Assembly: GCF_036321535.1 (NCBI RefSeq)
Contig: NC_087437.1
Location: forward strand, 48,238,001-48,302,000
Reading direction: 5' to 3'
From: Camelus dromedarius
Taxonomy: Eukaryota
DNA: 64,000 bases
Shown here: piece by piece, positions 62,979-64,000 of the stretch
Layout: every line of letters begins with the position of its first letter
Position numbering within the stretch: the stretch's first letter is position 1
Made by a program: the position numbers and the translations under genes
Notes under the pieces: model-generated
Database searches by the model: none
Told to the model about the DNA's origin: nothing
What the model saw: the letters and a program-made list of their open reading frames with translations, nothing else

Positions 62979-63589
62979 CTATAATTTAAGATCAAAGCCA
63001 CTTATCATTGGTACAAAGGGAAAAACTGACCAAACAAAACAGAGCCTCTGCTATTTGCAAGAGGAGACTCCTTGGCAGCAAGGGTTGAGAGCAATAGGGT
63101 CTTGCTCTTTGTTTCAACAGGATTCTTCAACTCAATAGGATTTTTAACTTCTACCAAGTAATTCTATATTGGGGTTCTAACTGATAGAAATTCATATCAA
63201 AATAAAGTGAAAAAAAACCCTATCTCTAAAAGAGATATATATTGCAACATTATGTACAGTTGATAACAATGTAAAAGTCCAACAAGAGGAGAATTGCTAT
63301 GGAAAGTGGCACATTCACTGGATGGAATATTACATATTATTAAGGTGTTGGTTATTAAAAGCAGGAAAAATGCTTGGGTATAATGCTAAGTGAACCTTAT
63401 GATATCCACAATTGTATAAATGCTGTAATTTCTTTGTTTCAACATTTAAGAAATTCCACAATATAATAATTGCATCATAAAATTCAAATACATGCATATA
63501 ATCTTATTAAAATTTTTTTAAAAAGTCAAAAAAGTAATAATACTTCTTTATGACTCTAATTTTACTCTTGTTTCCAGATGTAATCATTG

Positions 63590-64000
63590 TTAATACCATG
63601 GGGCATTTCCCTTCTCACCTTCTATACATTTCCATGTTTCATTTTTTAAATAATGAGATTTATATTAAATCTATTACTCTACAACATGCTTTTATTACTT
63701 AATGATACATATTGGAAATTTTTTCCATAACTAACACTGCTGTTATTCACACTGCATCACATTTTTTTAACCATCTATTGAATTCCTAAGTGTGAACATG
63801 TTGCAATGTATTTATTCCTCTACTGACACAAATTCAGATGGTTATCTGTTTTTTTAAAACTCTGCAATGATTCAATGAGCATTGTTGCACATATATAGTT
63901 TTGCACTTATATGAATATTTCTTAAGTATAATACCTCAAAATACAAATTTAATAGATACTGCAAACTGCCCTCCAAACCCCTTTTTCCATTATATATTCC
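63590..64000 (-). mobile_element. L1ME-type 3'UTR fragment
   Basis: tttattc...ctactgac...tgcaatga...cattgttgcacatat...atactgcaaactgccctccaaa. Confidence 0.6.

Noticed and set aside
62613..62984. 123-aa + strand ORF and the TGACGTCA (CRE) palindrome at ~62678
   Set aside because: The ORF starts at GTG with no recognisable domain or splice support and is antisense to the better-supported exon pair. A lone CRE without a CpG island is not evidence of a promoter.
1..64000. Prokaryotic-type systems (CRISPR arrays, operons, IS elements), CpG islands, intact tRNA or rRNA genes
   Set aside because: None were seen. The sequence is CpG-depleted mammalian DNA, and the only tRNA-like boxes belong to a SINE.

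Overview
Mammalian genomic DNA: AT-rich, CpG-depleted and dominated by interspersed repeats. It is most likely camelid, because it carries a vic-1-like tRNA-derived SINE and artiodactyl-type L1 3' ends, and I saw no Alu, Bov-tA, PRE-1 or SINEC. No complete protein-coding gene is present, and most ORFs in the track are chance ORFs or LINE-1 remnants. Repeats include old and young L1, L2, MIR, MLT1/MLT2, ERV1 solo LTRs, MER20, MER63A and MER5. Non-repeat highlights: (1) phase-compatible + strand exons at ~36-168 and 2122-2308 (possibly also ~3423-3589) whose joined translation resembles a DH-PH (ECT2-like RhoGEF) junction and shows likely frameshifts; (2) a 5'-truncated nucleolin (NCL) 3'UTR retrocopy with a target-site duplication (TSD) at 39373-39667; (3) a truncated U2 snRNA pseudogene at 4029-4081; (4) a candidate - strand gene 3' end near 62.3-63.0 kb; (5) a strong 36-nt - strand microexon candidate; (6) a three-level nested MIR>MER63A>LTR insertion with both TSDs readable. 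All family assignments come from remembered consensus sequences compared by eye, not from computed alignments, and repeat boundaries are approximate.
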